Part shown: positions 22,967-32,000 of the stretch, piece after piece
How positions within the stretch are numbered: the first letter of the stretch is position 1
Layout: each line of letters opens with the position of its first letter
NCBI RefSeq assembly: GCF_000009705.1
Contig: NC_003272.1
Coordinates: 5,820,001 to 5,852,000 of the forward strand
Source: Nostoc sp. PCC 7120 = FACHB-418
GTDB lineage: Bacteria > Cyanobacteriota > Cyanobacteriia > Cyanobacteriales > Nostocaceae
DNA: 32,000 bases
Direction of reading: 5' to 3'
Made by a program: the position numbers and the translations under genes
The notes under the pieces: model-generated
Told to the model about the DNA's origin: nothing
Databases searched by the model: none
Seen by the model: only the letters and a program-made list of their open reading frames with translations

Positions 22967-25576
22967 TTACCCTTCACTAATCAACTGTAACAAAGCTTCT
23001 GTTGATATCTTGCCACTCATATCAGCACCTTCTAAAAGGCTATCTGCCAAATCTCGCTTGTGGTGATGCAATTCTACAATTTTTTCTTCAATAGTATCCT
23101 TTGCTACTAAGCGATAAATTGTCACCGGGCGTTGTTGCCCAATGCGATGGGCGCGGTCTGAGGCTTGGTCTTCCACGGCGGGATTCCACCAGGGGTCTGT
23201 ATGGATGACATAATCGGCGGCAGTTAAATTGAGTCCTGTACCTCCAGCTTTGAGGCTAATGAGAAAGACATCGCCGTTCCCTGCTTGGAACGCATCCACC
23301 CGTTTTTTGCGCTCGGACACGGAAGTGCTGCCATCTAAGTATTGATAATTAATACCTTGCTTATCCAAGTAATTTCGGATAATGTGCAGATGGTCAACAA
23401 ATTGACTAAACACTAATGCCTTATGACGATTTTCCAGCAGTTCACCTAGTACCTCACCAAAAAGTTGCAACTTGGAACTGGATAATTCAGTGTCAGGCAT
23501 AACGAGGCTGGGATTACAGCAAGCACGACGCAGTTTCATAATCTCAGCTAAAACTTGCAAGTGTTTATTTCCGGCTTCTGCATTACTGTCGCTGAGTTTA
23601 GATATCGCTTGACGACGCAATGCTTCATAGAATGCCTTTTCCTCCCGACTCAACTCCACATGAAGTAAAATTTCGGTGCGGGAAGGTAACTCTTCTAGCA
23701 CCTGATTTTTTGTTCGTCGTAACAGAAATGGTTGAATCAGTTTTTTGAGTTTATTACGTGCTTGTTTATCCTGATATTTTTCAATGGGGATAGCAAAGCG
23801 TTGATTGAAGCTTTCAAAAGAACCCAATAACCCAGGATTAATAAAGCGGAACAAATTCCACAACTCACCTAGATGATTTTCAATGGGAGTCCCAGTAGTC
23901 AGCAACTTAAAATTAGCTTTTAGGTTCATGGCAGCCTGGGAACGTTTAGTGGTCATATTTTTGATTGCCTGGGCTTCATCTAAAACAATGGTTTGCCACT
24001 GTACCCCAGAGAGCATTTGCGCTACTTCTTCTTGCTGCAATAAACCATAACTACATACCAACATATCCAAGGGTTGTAAACCATCCAGTAATTTTTGGCG
24101 GTTAGCACCAGTAAATTGAATAATATTCAAGGTTGGGGCAAACTTCTGGGCTTCACTTACCCAATTCATGCACACAGACGTGGGGGCAATAATGAGGCTT
24201 GGCCCCTCATGGGCGTTTCTCAGGATAACAGCCAAGGCTTGCACCGTCTTACCGAGTCCCATTTGGTCTGCCAAACAAGCGCCTACACCCCAATGAGCTA
24301 GCCGCGCCAGCCAACAGAAGCCATCCATTTGATAGTCACGTAGTTCCGCCCCAAATGTAGATGGTAATTCGGGTTGGAGGTTTTTCATCTCCTGGAGACG
24401 CTGGATATGTGTTTTCCAGTGTTTATCTGTTTTTACCTTACCCACCTCATCGACAAAATCCTCTAACCCTAATGTTGCCAGTGGGTGAAACCGGATACCT
24501 TTACTGTGTTTTTCTGAAAACAACCGCAATTCATCCAAGCGTTTGCGAAAAGCTTGAGTTAAAGCCAGAAATTGACCATCACCAAGGGGAATAAAACGGC
24601 TGGGGGTTTTCTCCAATAGTGCTAGGAGTTGCTGCATATCCAGCACGAGGTCTTGATTCAATTTCAACTCACCAGTAGCCGCAAACCAGTCTTGTTGACG
24701 TTGAATTGATAAATTAAAGTCTTTCAGGTCTGCTTGGTGGCTAACACGCAGTTTTTCGCCTTCTGGCCATGCCATGACTACGCTGCTTCCCAATGCTTGC
24801 AATTCTAGCAGCAATTCTAAACATTCCTCTGGGTCTTCTATCAGCCATTCCCCATCTCGTTCTTCCGTGCGAGTCAAGCTAGGACAGGCGGCTACAGCGT
24901 TTTTGGCTAGTTGCTTCTCTTCCGGCAGATTGCGTCTGGTTTGCAGACGCTTACCGTCAATTTCGGCAATGACAGTCTCACCACCAGCACCAGGACGGTA
25001 GTAGGGGCCTCCTTGGGCAAAGGGGCGGGATAAAAGGGTGACTTTCAAGCCCGTATTGGCAGGTAAGAGGTGAATATGGGGGAGCGTTTGGGCGGGTACT
25101 TCTTCTGCACCTTCTGAGCCGCCACCGATGTCAGAATGCACGGTGACGATGCCTGAGACAGCATTAATGGCTGCCAAAACTTGTTTTTCGGCGATCGCCG
25201 GCACATTTAATTTATTATCTTTACCAAGGATCTCTGTAATCCGTCGATGTTCACTAGTAATTTCAATGACTTTAATACGGGTTGGAGTTTCTTTAATATT
25301 CAGAATATTCTGTGATGGTGGTAACTTGGGAGAAAATTCCAAGGTGAGACGACCAAGTTTTTCTTTTTTGACTAGTAGTTCCGGTTCTCCTTTGACTATT
25401 TCTACACGCACATTGGGGGTATCTTCCCAAAAAACTAACGGGTGTCCAATTAAGGCACAGATGGCTTTTTCGTTGAACATATACTCAACTTTGCCATAAT
25501 AGGAACCATCGCCGTATGTCTCAATACAACTACATACCCGCATATCTTGGGGTGTGATGTAATTAATGTTGATCAT
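22967..25576 (-). CDS. SNF2-family helicase with bacterial SNF2-associated N-terminal region
   Basis: 869 aa. Helicase motifs ADQMGLGKT (I), DEAQAIKN (II), TGTPIEN (III), GGTGLNLTAAD (V) and QASDRAHRIGQ (VI). The N-terminal roughly 400 aa (HPLVFWED..., DWFAATGEL...) resembles the SNF2-helicase-associated domain. Confidence 0.9.
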   Translation of the reverse strand: MININYITPQDMRVCSCIETYGDGSYYGKVEYMFNEKAICALIGHPLVFWEDTPNVRVEIVKGEPELLVKKEKLGRLTLEFSPKLPPSQNILNIKETPTRIKVIEITSEHRRITEILGKDNKLNVPAIAEKQVLAAINAVSGIVTVHSDIGGGSEGAEEVPAQTLPHIHLLPANTGLKVTLLSRPFAQGGPYYRPGAGGETVIAEIDGKRLQTRRNLPEEKQLAKNAVAACPSLTRTEERDGEWLIEDPEECLELLLELQALGSSVVMAWPEGEKLRVSHQADLKDFNLSIQRQQDWFAATGELKLNQDLVLDMQQLLALLEKTPSRFIPLGDGQFLALTQAFRKRLDELRLFSEKHSKGIRFHPLATLGLEDFVDEVGKVKTDKHWKTHIQRLQEMKNLQPELPSTFGAELRDYQMDGFCWLARLAHWGVGACLADQMGLGKTVQALAVILRNAHEGPSLIIAPTSVCMNWVSEAQKFAPTLNIIQFTGANRQKLLDGLQPLDMLVCSYGLLQQEEVAQMLSGVQWQTIVLDEAQAIKNMTTKRSQAAMNLKANFKLLTTGTPIENHLGELWNLFRFINPGLLGSFESFNQRFAIPIEKYQDKQARNKLKKLIQPFLLRRTKNQVLEELPSRTEILLHVELSREEKAFYEALRRQAISKLSDSNAEAGNKHLQVLAEIMKLRRACCNPSLVMPDTELSSSKLQLFGEVLGELLENRHKALVFSQFVDHLHIIRNYLDKQGINYQYLDGSTSVSERKKRVDAFQAGNGDVFLISLKAGGTGLNLTAADYVIHTDPWWNPAVEDQASDRAHRIGQQRPVTIYRLVAKDTIEEKIVELHHHKRDLADSLLEGADMSGKISTEALLQLISEG

Positions 25577-26906
25577 AATTACTACTGGGTTTGAGCCGAG
25601 AGAGGAGTTCTGCCGTTTCCATTGCCAACCAGTGGTGACCGGAGGCGAGCGATCGCCTATATAATGGCTCTAATAAATTCGGTAAGCGTTTTTTGGCACT
25701 ATCCGCATCCATCCAGTAAAGACATAATGAACAAAACAATGTTTGTAAGCTATTTTCTTCTTCCACGGAAGAAATATGCGAACTGACTACAAATTGTTTT
25801 TGGGTAATATCACCAAGGTGAACTTGCAACACCATTTTCAGCCTGGCATAAATAAAATTCAGCCAATGCTCTGATTGACGCGCAATTAAATTGGCATACT
25901 CTTCTGCTTCCCGCAGGCGTTGTGCTGAACCATCTTTTAACAGTGCTAGGATGAAAAATAAGCCGCCTATAGTATTGAAATATATTTGCCGTTTGCCTGT
26001 AGCTTTTTTCAGGGCTTTAAGAGCATCTGTATAATATTTAAGAGCTTGGTCGTTCTCACCCCGCAGAAAACACAACCAACCCCAATAAACAGCAGCGTTA
26101 TTTTGATATTCATCAGATATCTGCTCCAGGCTCTCTTGTGCTTCTTGGCTACAACCCCGTAACAGCAATTGCTCTGTTAAAATCAAGTGCAGATAATCTG
26201 AGCGATGTTCTCCATCTGTAGAGCATTCTGCTTCCAGCAGCATAAAGGCATCTTCGGACGCAGACAATTTTAATGTGGCATTGAGCAGGATACTAGATAT
26301 GCAGCTTTCAAATAATCCTTGCGGTAGGGTATGCAGCCAATCTGCGTCAAATGGATTATTGCATATCTGCTCTAATATCTTTTCTATGGCTAATTTTTCT
26401 TGGCTATAACTGTATTTCTGGTAGTCTTCAATTTGCTTATTAATAAAATCTGGGTCTTTACGGTAAAAACCTATGCGGATTTCTCTGATACACTGGTTTA
26501 AGCTTTGGAACATCCGAGATTCGTTTTGCCAGTGCTTCCGTATGGGTAGCTTTTCCTCAACTGCCATAACTTGGATTTCAAACTGTCCGGTTTGTACAGC
26601 ATGACGAGTTGCAATTTCTGTGAGTAACGGATGACATTCAGGGCCTAACCTACTTTCCTGTACTAATAAGCCTGATTTTACCAATTTATCAATTTGCGAA
26701 CTGAGGGTTTTAGTAACCCAAGGTCTATTATTTTCATCTAACGCGCCTGTTTTACTAAGACAACTGATGAAGGAATTTTTGTCTATGGGTGCATAAATTA
26801 CCGCAAACAATTGGATAATTTTTTGTACGCAAGGGTGTAACTCAAAATATTTCTTAGCAAGTAGTTTTGTTTGTATTTGGGAAGAATTAGATGCAAAATC
26901 AGTCAT
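25563..26906 (-). CDS. Uncharacterised all-helical (TPR-like) protein overlapping the SNF2 gene
   Basis: 447-aa ORF with no recognisable catalytic motif. It has a TPR-like segment (AVYWGWLCFLRGENDQALKYYTDALKALKK). Its stop overlaps the SNF2 start by 14 nt (ATGATCAACATTAA). Confidence 0.6.
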   Translation of the reverse strand: MTDFASNSSQIQTKLLAKKYFELHPCVQKIIQLFAVIYAPIDKNSFISCLSKTGALDENNRPWVTKTLSSQIDKLVKSGLLVQESRLGPECHPLLTEIATRHAVQTGQFEIQVMAVEEKLPIRKHWQNESRMFQSLNQCIREIRIGFYRKDPDFINKQIEDYQKYSYSQEKLAIEKILEQICNNPFDADWLHTLPQGLFESCISSILLNATLKLSASEDAFMLLEAECSTDGEHRSDYLHLILTEQLLLRGCSQEAQESLEQISDEYQNNAAVYWGWLCFLRGENDQALKYYTDALKALKKATGKRQIYFNTIGGLFFILALLKDGSAQRLREAEEYANLIARQSEHWLNFIYARLKMVLQVHLGDITQKQFVVSSHISSVEEENSLQTLFCSLCLYWMDADSAKKRLPNLLEPLYRRSLASGHHWLAMETAELLSRLKPSSNYDQH

Positions 26907-26927
26907 ATTAGTTCAGGTCTTTAAGTG

Positions 26928-28133
26928 TCAATTTCTGACAAAGTTAGACGGGTTTTGATCTAGTCGATGTTTAGTGGGAATTGGTTCTGGCTGCCCATCA
27001 CCCACAAGGGCTGCGGTTCTCTCCAGCGATTCCCTCAATCGCTTGGCTGCGTAAATGGACATATCTCGCGGTACACTAATGCGATCGCGCAAGTATCGTA
27101 GAGCGACATCAGATCCCGATGGAGGTACACAGTCAACCCCTGTCATCATGTGTGTTAAAGCACAACGTAGGGCTTGATCAAACAATTTATCATCTAAGGG
27201 GTTGACTCGGATAATATTAATCCGGTGTTCGATAGTTCGTTGAAGCGCTTCCATGCGGGAGTTTTCCGGTTCTGGATAAGTAACATCTGGTAGCCCGAAC
27301 CAAGGACCATGATCCACCCGCGCTTTATTGATCAGCATCTGAGTTTCGCCGTTTTCCCAGCACCCCCCCATCTGGGGCGGCAAATCATGTACATGGGTGT
27401 GGAAGTCGCTCTGGGTACCGCAGTAGGTCGGTCGGCTTTCCATTGCCGCAAACCATGCGTTTAAGCGAGGGTTTTCCTCTCGCAGTGAGTAGCCCTTGTA
27501 GTAGTAAAGACTCGCATTCATTCGTTCTACATAAGGCGTAAAAATGACATCAACGATGCCGAAGCTATCTAGAAAATAAGGGCTTGGGGTAAGACCTAGA
27601 GCCTCCTCGACCTTAGCCACCACTGTGATAAATTGTTCTCGGTTGCGTTTTTCTTGTTGAGGAGAAATTACTGGATAGCACAGCCAAGCGCACCAAGCTC
27701 TAAATAAAAGTCGTTCTAATTGCCGTAGAGGAATCACCGTGCGGTCTTCCATTCCTTGGCTCAACGGCCCAAAAACTTTTTCCAAAGCGATCAAAATGTC
27801 ATCGCTTTCCTTAATAATCCGTCCATCTAGCTCAATCGCCGGGAGCATACCTGATGGTACCTTACGTTTGTACCAACTTTCTTTCTCTCCATAGCAGAAC
27901 ATTGTCACTTTTTCGATGCGGTAGGGGATCTGTTTTTCCTCTAGCCATAACCAAACTTTTTGACAGTAAGGACACCAAGCATGGTTATCGCGGTACAACG
28001 TTACCCGTACCTCAGATTCGGGCTGACCAAACAAACGCAACCTTGCTTTAGCGTTGGTAAGACCATTAACAGTATCTATTTGATAGTCCGTGAGGGTTTC
28101 TAGTTCTTGCCAGCTTAAGGGTGCGATAGTCAT
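26928..28133 (-). CDS. Glutaredoxin/GST-fold family protein (CPYC N-terminal domain)
   Basis: 401 aa. [29 protein letters not shown] (thioredoxin-fold with a CPYC redox motif), followed by a GST-C-like helical domain. It ends 21 nt upstream of the next gene. Confidence 0.75.
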   Translation of the reverse strand: MTIAPLSWQELETLTDYQIDTVNGLTNAKARLRLFGQPESEVRVTLYRDNHAWCPYCQKVWLWLEEKQIPYRIEKVTMFCYGEKESWYKRKVPSGMLPAIELDGRIIKESDDILIALEKVFGPLSQGMEDRTVIPLRQLERLLFRAWCAWLCYPVISPQQEKRNREQFITVVAKVEEALGLTPSPYFLDSFGIVDVIFTPYVERMNASLYYYKGYSLREENPRLNAWFAAMESRPTYCGTQSDFHTHVHDLPPQMGGCWENGETQMLINKARVDHGPWFGLPDVTYPEPENSRMEALQRTIEHRINIIRVNPLDDKLFDQALRCALTHMMTGVDCVPPSGSDVALRYLRDRISVPRDMSIYAAKRLRESLERTAALVGDGQPEPIPTKHRLDQNPSNFVRN

Positions 28134-28170
28134 AGGGTTAGTAGCTAGTTATTCATTTGCTCACTATTGC

Positions 28171-28217
28171 TCACAAATACTCACATTTAATCTTAAGTGG
28201 CACAACTGAGTATTTGT
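28171..28217. promoter_or_regulatory. 12-bp perfect inverted repeat upstream of the Grx/GST-helical-SNF2 gene string
   Basis: CACAAATACTCA (28171-28182) and TGAGTATTTGTG (28206-28217). Adjacent direct repeats TTGCTCAC-TA-TTGCTCAC-AAATACTCAC at 28155-28183. It lies 38-84 nt upstream of the ATG at 28133. Confidence 0.3.
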
Positions 28218-28418
28218 GGTGATCATGTCGGGACTTGGCTGTAAAATACTATCATGCTACTAAGATTTAAGACACAACTAAAATTCAGCCAGCAACAAAG
28301 ATCCTTGCATAGTTCTACCGTTACATTTGTCAAGAAGTTAAATACTGCCTAACGCTCTTCTATTACTCTCGTTAAATAAAAATTCATAATCCTTGATTGT
28401 GAAGGCGTTGATAAATTT

Positions 28419-28598
28419 ACGAGTAGGTTGGGTTGAGGAACGTAGGCGCAGCCTTCTCGTAGAGTAACCCAACACGAAAAATCCTTGGTTTTGTTGGGTT
28501 TCACCCCAATTTTTGATAATTCTGGAATATGGCAAATAATCTTTAGAGAACATCTGCGTAACTTGGCGCTAACCTTCGTGTACCTTTGCGTTGAAAAA
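28419..28598. repeat. Dispersed repeat cluster (GTAGGTTGGGTTGAGGAACG / GTTGGGTTTCACCCC type, with a nested insert)
   Basis: GTAGGTTGGGTTGAGGAACG...AACCCAAC...TTGTTGGGTTTCACCCC is interrupted by CGTAGGCGCAGCCTTCTCGTAGAG. It shares TCTCGTAGAG with 61-70. The two overlapping ORFs here (28338-28609) are repeat read-throughs. Confidence 0.65.
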
Positions 28599-28666
28599 CT
28601 AATCAGCAACGCCCAAATTTTTCAAAGACTACTTATGTGCCTTGCGTAAGTCACTGACAAAACAAA

Positions 28667-28687
28667 TGCACCTAACGAGTAGGTGCA
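28667..28687 (-). terminator. Orphan terminator-like hairpin on the minus strand
   Basis: TGCACCTA / TAGGTGCA form an 8-bp stem with a 5-nt loop. On the minus strand it is followed by TTTGTTTT. It lies about 230 nt downstream of the TraL-like gene's own terminator. Confidence 0.3.
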
Positions 28688-28907
28688 ATGATTAGGCAAT
28701 TTCAGAAAGAGCAGTAGTATGTAAAACTAAGTAAGTAATAACTTAGAGTTAATAGAGTTTATCTGAATACGGAATAAAATATCTCAGTAAATCTACTGTA
28801 TTTCCGTCCCAAACTAATGAAAGCATTGATAATTGGTATTTTTACCATGAGCAAATTCTCTTAAGTAATAAATCTTAAATTTCTGATGTGTAGATAAAAA
28901 TCCCTGC

Positions 28908-28940
28908 ACAAAAAAATCCTCCCTGAGTGGAGAGGATTTC
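28908..28940 (-). terminator. Rho-independent terminator of the TraL-like gene
   Basis: On the minus strand, AAATCCTC-loop-GAGGATTT (28914-28921 pairing 28932-28939) is followed by a T7 run (complement of the A-run at 28910-28916), about 55 nt after the stop at 28993. Confidence 0.6.
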
Positions 28941-28992
28941 ACGAATTGCCGTGATTTAAGGGAAACAGATATTGATTACTTGTGTTGCTCCA

Positions 28993-29697
28993 TCATTTAA
29001 CTTCTTCATACCAAATACCCACGGTTTCAAAAGAAGCATAGGCAAGCTTGAGAAAATTTACCACTCTCTGTTTGCTGATGATGCCAAATTCTTTATACTC
29101 TCGTGCATCTGCAAACGTTAATCTATGCTGGTCTATTATATTTCTTTCTTTATACGCAAGTTTGGGAAAATCTATAGCCTTAACATTATATTTTTTTACT
29201 ACCTCTTGGATTGTTGCATCTGAGTTTACGTGTTCCCAGTCATCGCATAGGCCGAGATTTTTCACTAATATATGAGGAACTTTGCCACCATAACTATTTA
29301 CAGACTGCTTAAATAGATTGAGACTGTCATACCCCCCTGTTGACACAAACCACTTACAAAAATCTACCCCTTGAGACTCTCCCAGTTCAATTAAATGATT
29401 CTTCTCAATCCATCCCTTAACTGCTCTATGAGATTGTGCTGCAAGATTAGCAATCACCGTTTTATTCATTGCTATCTCAAAGATTTTATCCGCCTTATCT
29501 GCGTGCCTTTCATCCTCTGTAAATACTGCATACTGACATATACTTTTGTATACTCCAGCTACATCTGGATTTGACCTATCGGTTTCTACAGGTACAAATG
29601 GCATATTATTATCCAGACAATACTGAATCATTGTTCTAGCTACTAAAGACTTTCCCACCCCTCCCTTTTCTCCATCTATCAAATGAATTGTTGGCAT
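28993..29697 (-). CDS. TraL-like / ParA-MinD-superfamily P-loop ATPase (orphan)
   Basis: 234 aa. The N-terminus MPTIHLIDGEKGGVGKS (deviant Walker A KGGxGKS) and VETDRSNPD parallel IncP TraL as I recall it (MAKIHMVLQGKGGVGKS ... DTDPVN ... ERLTFDQAL ... RQRLKIV). The C-terminal matches here are HRLTFADAR and KQRVVNFL. Confidence 0.7.
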   Translation of the reverse strand: MPTIHLIDGEKGGVGKSLVARTMIQYCLDNNMPFVPVETDRSNPDVAGVYKSICQYAVFTEDERHADKADKIFEIAMNKTVIANLAAQSHRAVKGWIEKNHLIELGESQGVDFCKWFVSTGGYDSLNLFKQSVNSYGGKVPHILVKNLGLCDDWEHVNSDATIQEVVKKYNVKAIDFPKLAYKERNIIDQHRLTFADAREYKEFGIISKQRVVNFLKLAYASFETVGIWYEEVK

Positions 29698-29787
29698 AGT
29701 TGCACCTCTTTATCTTTAAACCTAGTATTGATTTCCTGATTTTATCAGGGTTAATGTTGACCAAAAATTTGCCGCACAATGCAAATA

Positions 29788-30033
29788 TCATCTTGAGCTG
29801 ACGTTATAGCTTAGTATAAGAATCCGATTTGATTCTTGAACAAATCGAAGTATCTGTATGCTAGGCAATGCCCACCATATCATAGTGTCTATAGTTGAGC
29901 CTGAGGCAATCTCAAATTCAGGATTTAGCTCATCTGTGTAACATAACTTCACTATCCCTTCTGATTTCCATTTCTTGCACTTCCTTGGTTTTACTTTTTC
30001 CTTGTCAAAGTTGAGAGAAAACACGGAGGACAA
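29788..30033 (-). CDS. Hypothetical small ORF (doubtful)
   Basis: 81-codon ORF with a TTG start only, no recognisable motif, AT-rich, 90 nt upstream of the TraL-like gene on the same strand. Confidence 0.15.
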   Translation of the reverse strand: MSSVFSLNFDKEKVKPRKCKKWKSEGIVKLCYTDELNPEFEIASGSTIDTMIWWALPSIQILRFVQESNRILILSYNVSSR

Positions 30034-30343
30034 GTATGTACATAGAAAATATAAACATTTGGTTTGATTTTTGTCTAAAATTAGCTATTTGTAGCGTGTT
30101 CGCCAAAATTAAAGTACGATCATCAAAGCTTTTCTAGGTTATGCGATCGCTAACGTAGCCTGATTCAGATAACATGATCAAAATAGGTCGAAAAAATTTT
30201 CCATTGGGTTATGCGGATTTTAACTCAATATAGTTCTCATGTACTATTAAATCTTGTATTTTTAGGAATCAAATCAGATTCAGATATTTACCAATTATTA
30301 ATCTAGATTAAGTATTTTACGAAAATTAATATATAGTCTCACT

Positions 30344-31999
30344 ATGTTTCAGAAGCTAGATATTAAATCAATATTTTTAAAATTGCTGCGTCTCCCATTT
30401 AAACTGCTGCCATCTCAGTTAATTACTATCACAGTGGTACTAACTCTCGTATTATTTTTGCCACAAACATGGGTTACTTGGCAAGCTTACAATGATTTCA
30501 ATAGTATTATCAAAAATGAATTAAGACTACAGAGTCTTAGTGAAAAAATTACTTATTATGATGAAGTTCTGACAATGTCAGCACGCATGAATGCTGTTAC
30601 AGCTAATTCTATGTGGGAAAGAAGATATCGTCAATTTGAACCTTTATTAGATGCAGTAATTAAAGAATCTATTCAACTTGCGCCCGAAGTTTATAATAAT
30701 CAAGATGCTAAGGAAACTGATTTGGCGAATAAACGTTTAGTGGAGATGGAATATCAGTCTTTTGATTTAGTAAGAAAAGGTCAATCATTAGCGGCGAGGT
30801 CACTTTTATTAAGCTCAAAATATGAATCGGAGAAACGAAAGTACGCATCGGGTGTTAATAAAATAAATCAAGCGATCGCTACACTGATAGATGAAAGAAT
30901 TTTAAAATATAAAATATATTTATTATGGTCAATTGGTGGCTCAGTTACTAGCTTGGCTTTTCTTATACCTTCATGGTTATTGGTATTACGTTTATTAAAA
31001 AATTATTTAAGAACCAGTAAAATAGCTCAAATAACACTAAGGGATCTCAATCATGAATTAGAGATGCGCGTAGAAAAAAGGGCAAGAGAGTTGCGATATA
31101 AAAATGATCAACTAACCCAAACATTACAAGAACTACAACAAACGCAACTTCAACTAATTCAAACTGAAAAAATGTCATCTTTGGGTGAGATGGTGGCTGG
31201 TATTGCCCATGAAATAAATAATCCGATTACTTTTGTTAAAAACAACGTTAGTTATGTCAAAGAATATTCTCAGGATTTATTAAATCTAATCCAGAGTTAC
31301 CAAGAGTATTATACCCAACCGCCTGATATTCTCCAAGCACAAATTAACGATATCGATTTAGAATTTATCCAAGAAGATTTTATCAAGATCCTCAACTCTA
31401 TAGAATATGGCACTGATAGAGTTGAGAAAATTGTTAAATCCCTACGTAATTTTTCTCGACTTGACGAAGCCGAAATTAAATCAGTCGATATTCATGAAGG
31501 AATTGATAGCACTTTGATGATTCTATCTCACCGATTGATAGCTATAGACAAACATCCAGAAATTTTGCTCATCAAAGAATATGCTTCATTACCATTGGTT
31601 GAATGTTATCCTGGTTTACTCAATCAGGTATTTATGAATATTCTTGTTAATGCCATAGATGCTTTACATGAATATAATTGGCAACGCACAGATGATGGAA
31701 TGAAGAATAGCCCTTCTATGATTCGGATTTGCACTCATCAAATTGATGAATCTTGGATACAAATTCGGATTATTGATAATGGTATAGGTATTCCAGAAAA
31801 TATTCGTGACAAATTGTTTAACCCATTTTTTACCACTAAGCCACTAGGTAAAGGTACGGGTATAGGATTATCAATTAGTTACCAGATTATTGTGGAGAAG
31901 CATACTGGAAAGCTGTATTGTAATTCTATTGAAGAACAAGGTACAGAATTTGTGATTGAAATTCCTATTATTCAGAATTTATCTAGATTCACGAATTAG
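30344..31999 (+). CDS. Membrane sensor histidine kinase (two-TM periplasmic sensor, HisKA + HATPase_c)
   Basis: 551 aa. TM1 ([13 protein letters not shown]), a periplasmic helical region, TM2 and a coiled coil. H-box [11 protein letters not shown]-box NAIDA, G1 DNGIGI, G2 GKGTGIGLS. The stop codon is at 31997-31999. Confidence 0.9.
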   Translation: MFQKLDIKSIFLKLLRLPFKLLPSQLITITVVLTLVLFLPQTWVTWQAYNDFNSIIKNELRLQSLSEKITYYDEVLTMSARMNAVTANSMWERRYRQFEPLLDAVIKESIQLAPEVYNNQDAKETDLANKRLVEMEYQSFDLVRKGQSLAARSLLLSSKYESEKRKYASGVNKINQAIATLIDERILKYKIYLLWSIGGSVTSLAFLIPSWLLVLRLLKNYLRTSKIAQITLRDLNHELEMRVEKRARELRYKNDQLTQTLQELQQTQLQLIQTEKMSSLGEMVAGIAHEINNPITFVKNNVSYVKEYSQDLLNLIQSYQEYYTQPPDILQAQINDIDLEFIQEDFIKILNSIEYGTDRVEKIVKSLRNFSRLDEAEIKSVDIHEGIDSTLMILSHRLIAIDKHPEILLIKEYASLPLVECYPGLLNQVFMNILVNAIDALHEYNWQRTDDGMKNSPSMIRICTHQIDESWIQIRIIDNGIGIPENIRDKLFNPFFTTKPLGKGTGIGLSISYQIIVEKHTGKLYCNSIEEQGTEFVIEIPIIQNLSRFTN

Positions 32000-32000
32000 A

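Noticed and set aside
28338-28609. 71- and 86-aa minus-strand ORFs
   Set aside because: They overlap each other in different frames and coincide with the GTTGGGTT-type repeat. '...LRLRSSTQPT...' is a known kind of repeat-translation artefact.

Overview
Product calls below rest on motif recognition only; I ran no BLAST or HMM search. The window looks like a chromosomal segment of a filamentous heterocyst-type cyanobacterium (Nostoc/Anabaena-like). Supporting this, the HIP1 octamer GCGATCGC recurs throughout (e.g. 322-329, 338-345), intergenic spacers carry heptamer STRR arrays (CCCCAGT/CCCCAAT, GACAACT, GACCAAT), and there are GC-rich short dispersed repeats. The gene order Omp85 - fasciclin - carotenoid oxygenase - GGDEF - GGDEF/EAL matches what I recall, unverified, for alr4893-all4897 of Nostoc sp. 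PCC 7120.

I support about 21 protein genes. These are a double-domain SagB/nitroreductase-fold dehydrogenase, a DUF4349 lipoprotein, a DUF3592 membrane protein, a PLP Orn/Lys/Arg-type decarboxylase, a Tab2-like RNA-binding protein, a TldD/PmbA protease and a ClC-CBS-2xUSP channel. They continue with an LpxB-related glycosyltransferase divergent from BamA/Omp85, a fasciclin protein, a carotenoid cleavage oxygenase, two c-di-GMP enzymes and a Dus tRNA-dihydrouridine synthase. The last group is a tight three-gene string (Grx/GST-like, helical TPR-like protein, SNF2 helicase), an orphan TraL/ParA-like P-loop ATPase in an AT-rich islet, and a sensor histidine kinase. I found no rRNA, tRNA or CRISPR array.

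The most interesting candidates are:
1. A diguanylate cyclase whose N-terminal membrane module aligns with the copper/ethylene-binding domain of plant ETR1 (Cys and His conserved). It sits 22 nt upstream of a carotenoid cleavage oxygenase, suggesting a possible volatile/apocarotenoid to c-di-GMP module.
2. An overlapping pair, uncharacterised helical protein plus SNF2 helicase, behind a CPYC Grx/GST-like gene.
3. An orphan TraL-like ATPase islet with a possible small transcript downstream.
4. A 263-bp fold-back MITE-like element between the two c-di-GMP genes.
5. A heptamer STRR array read through inside the ClC coding sequence.
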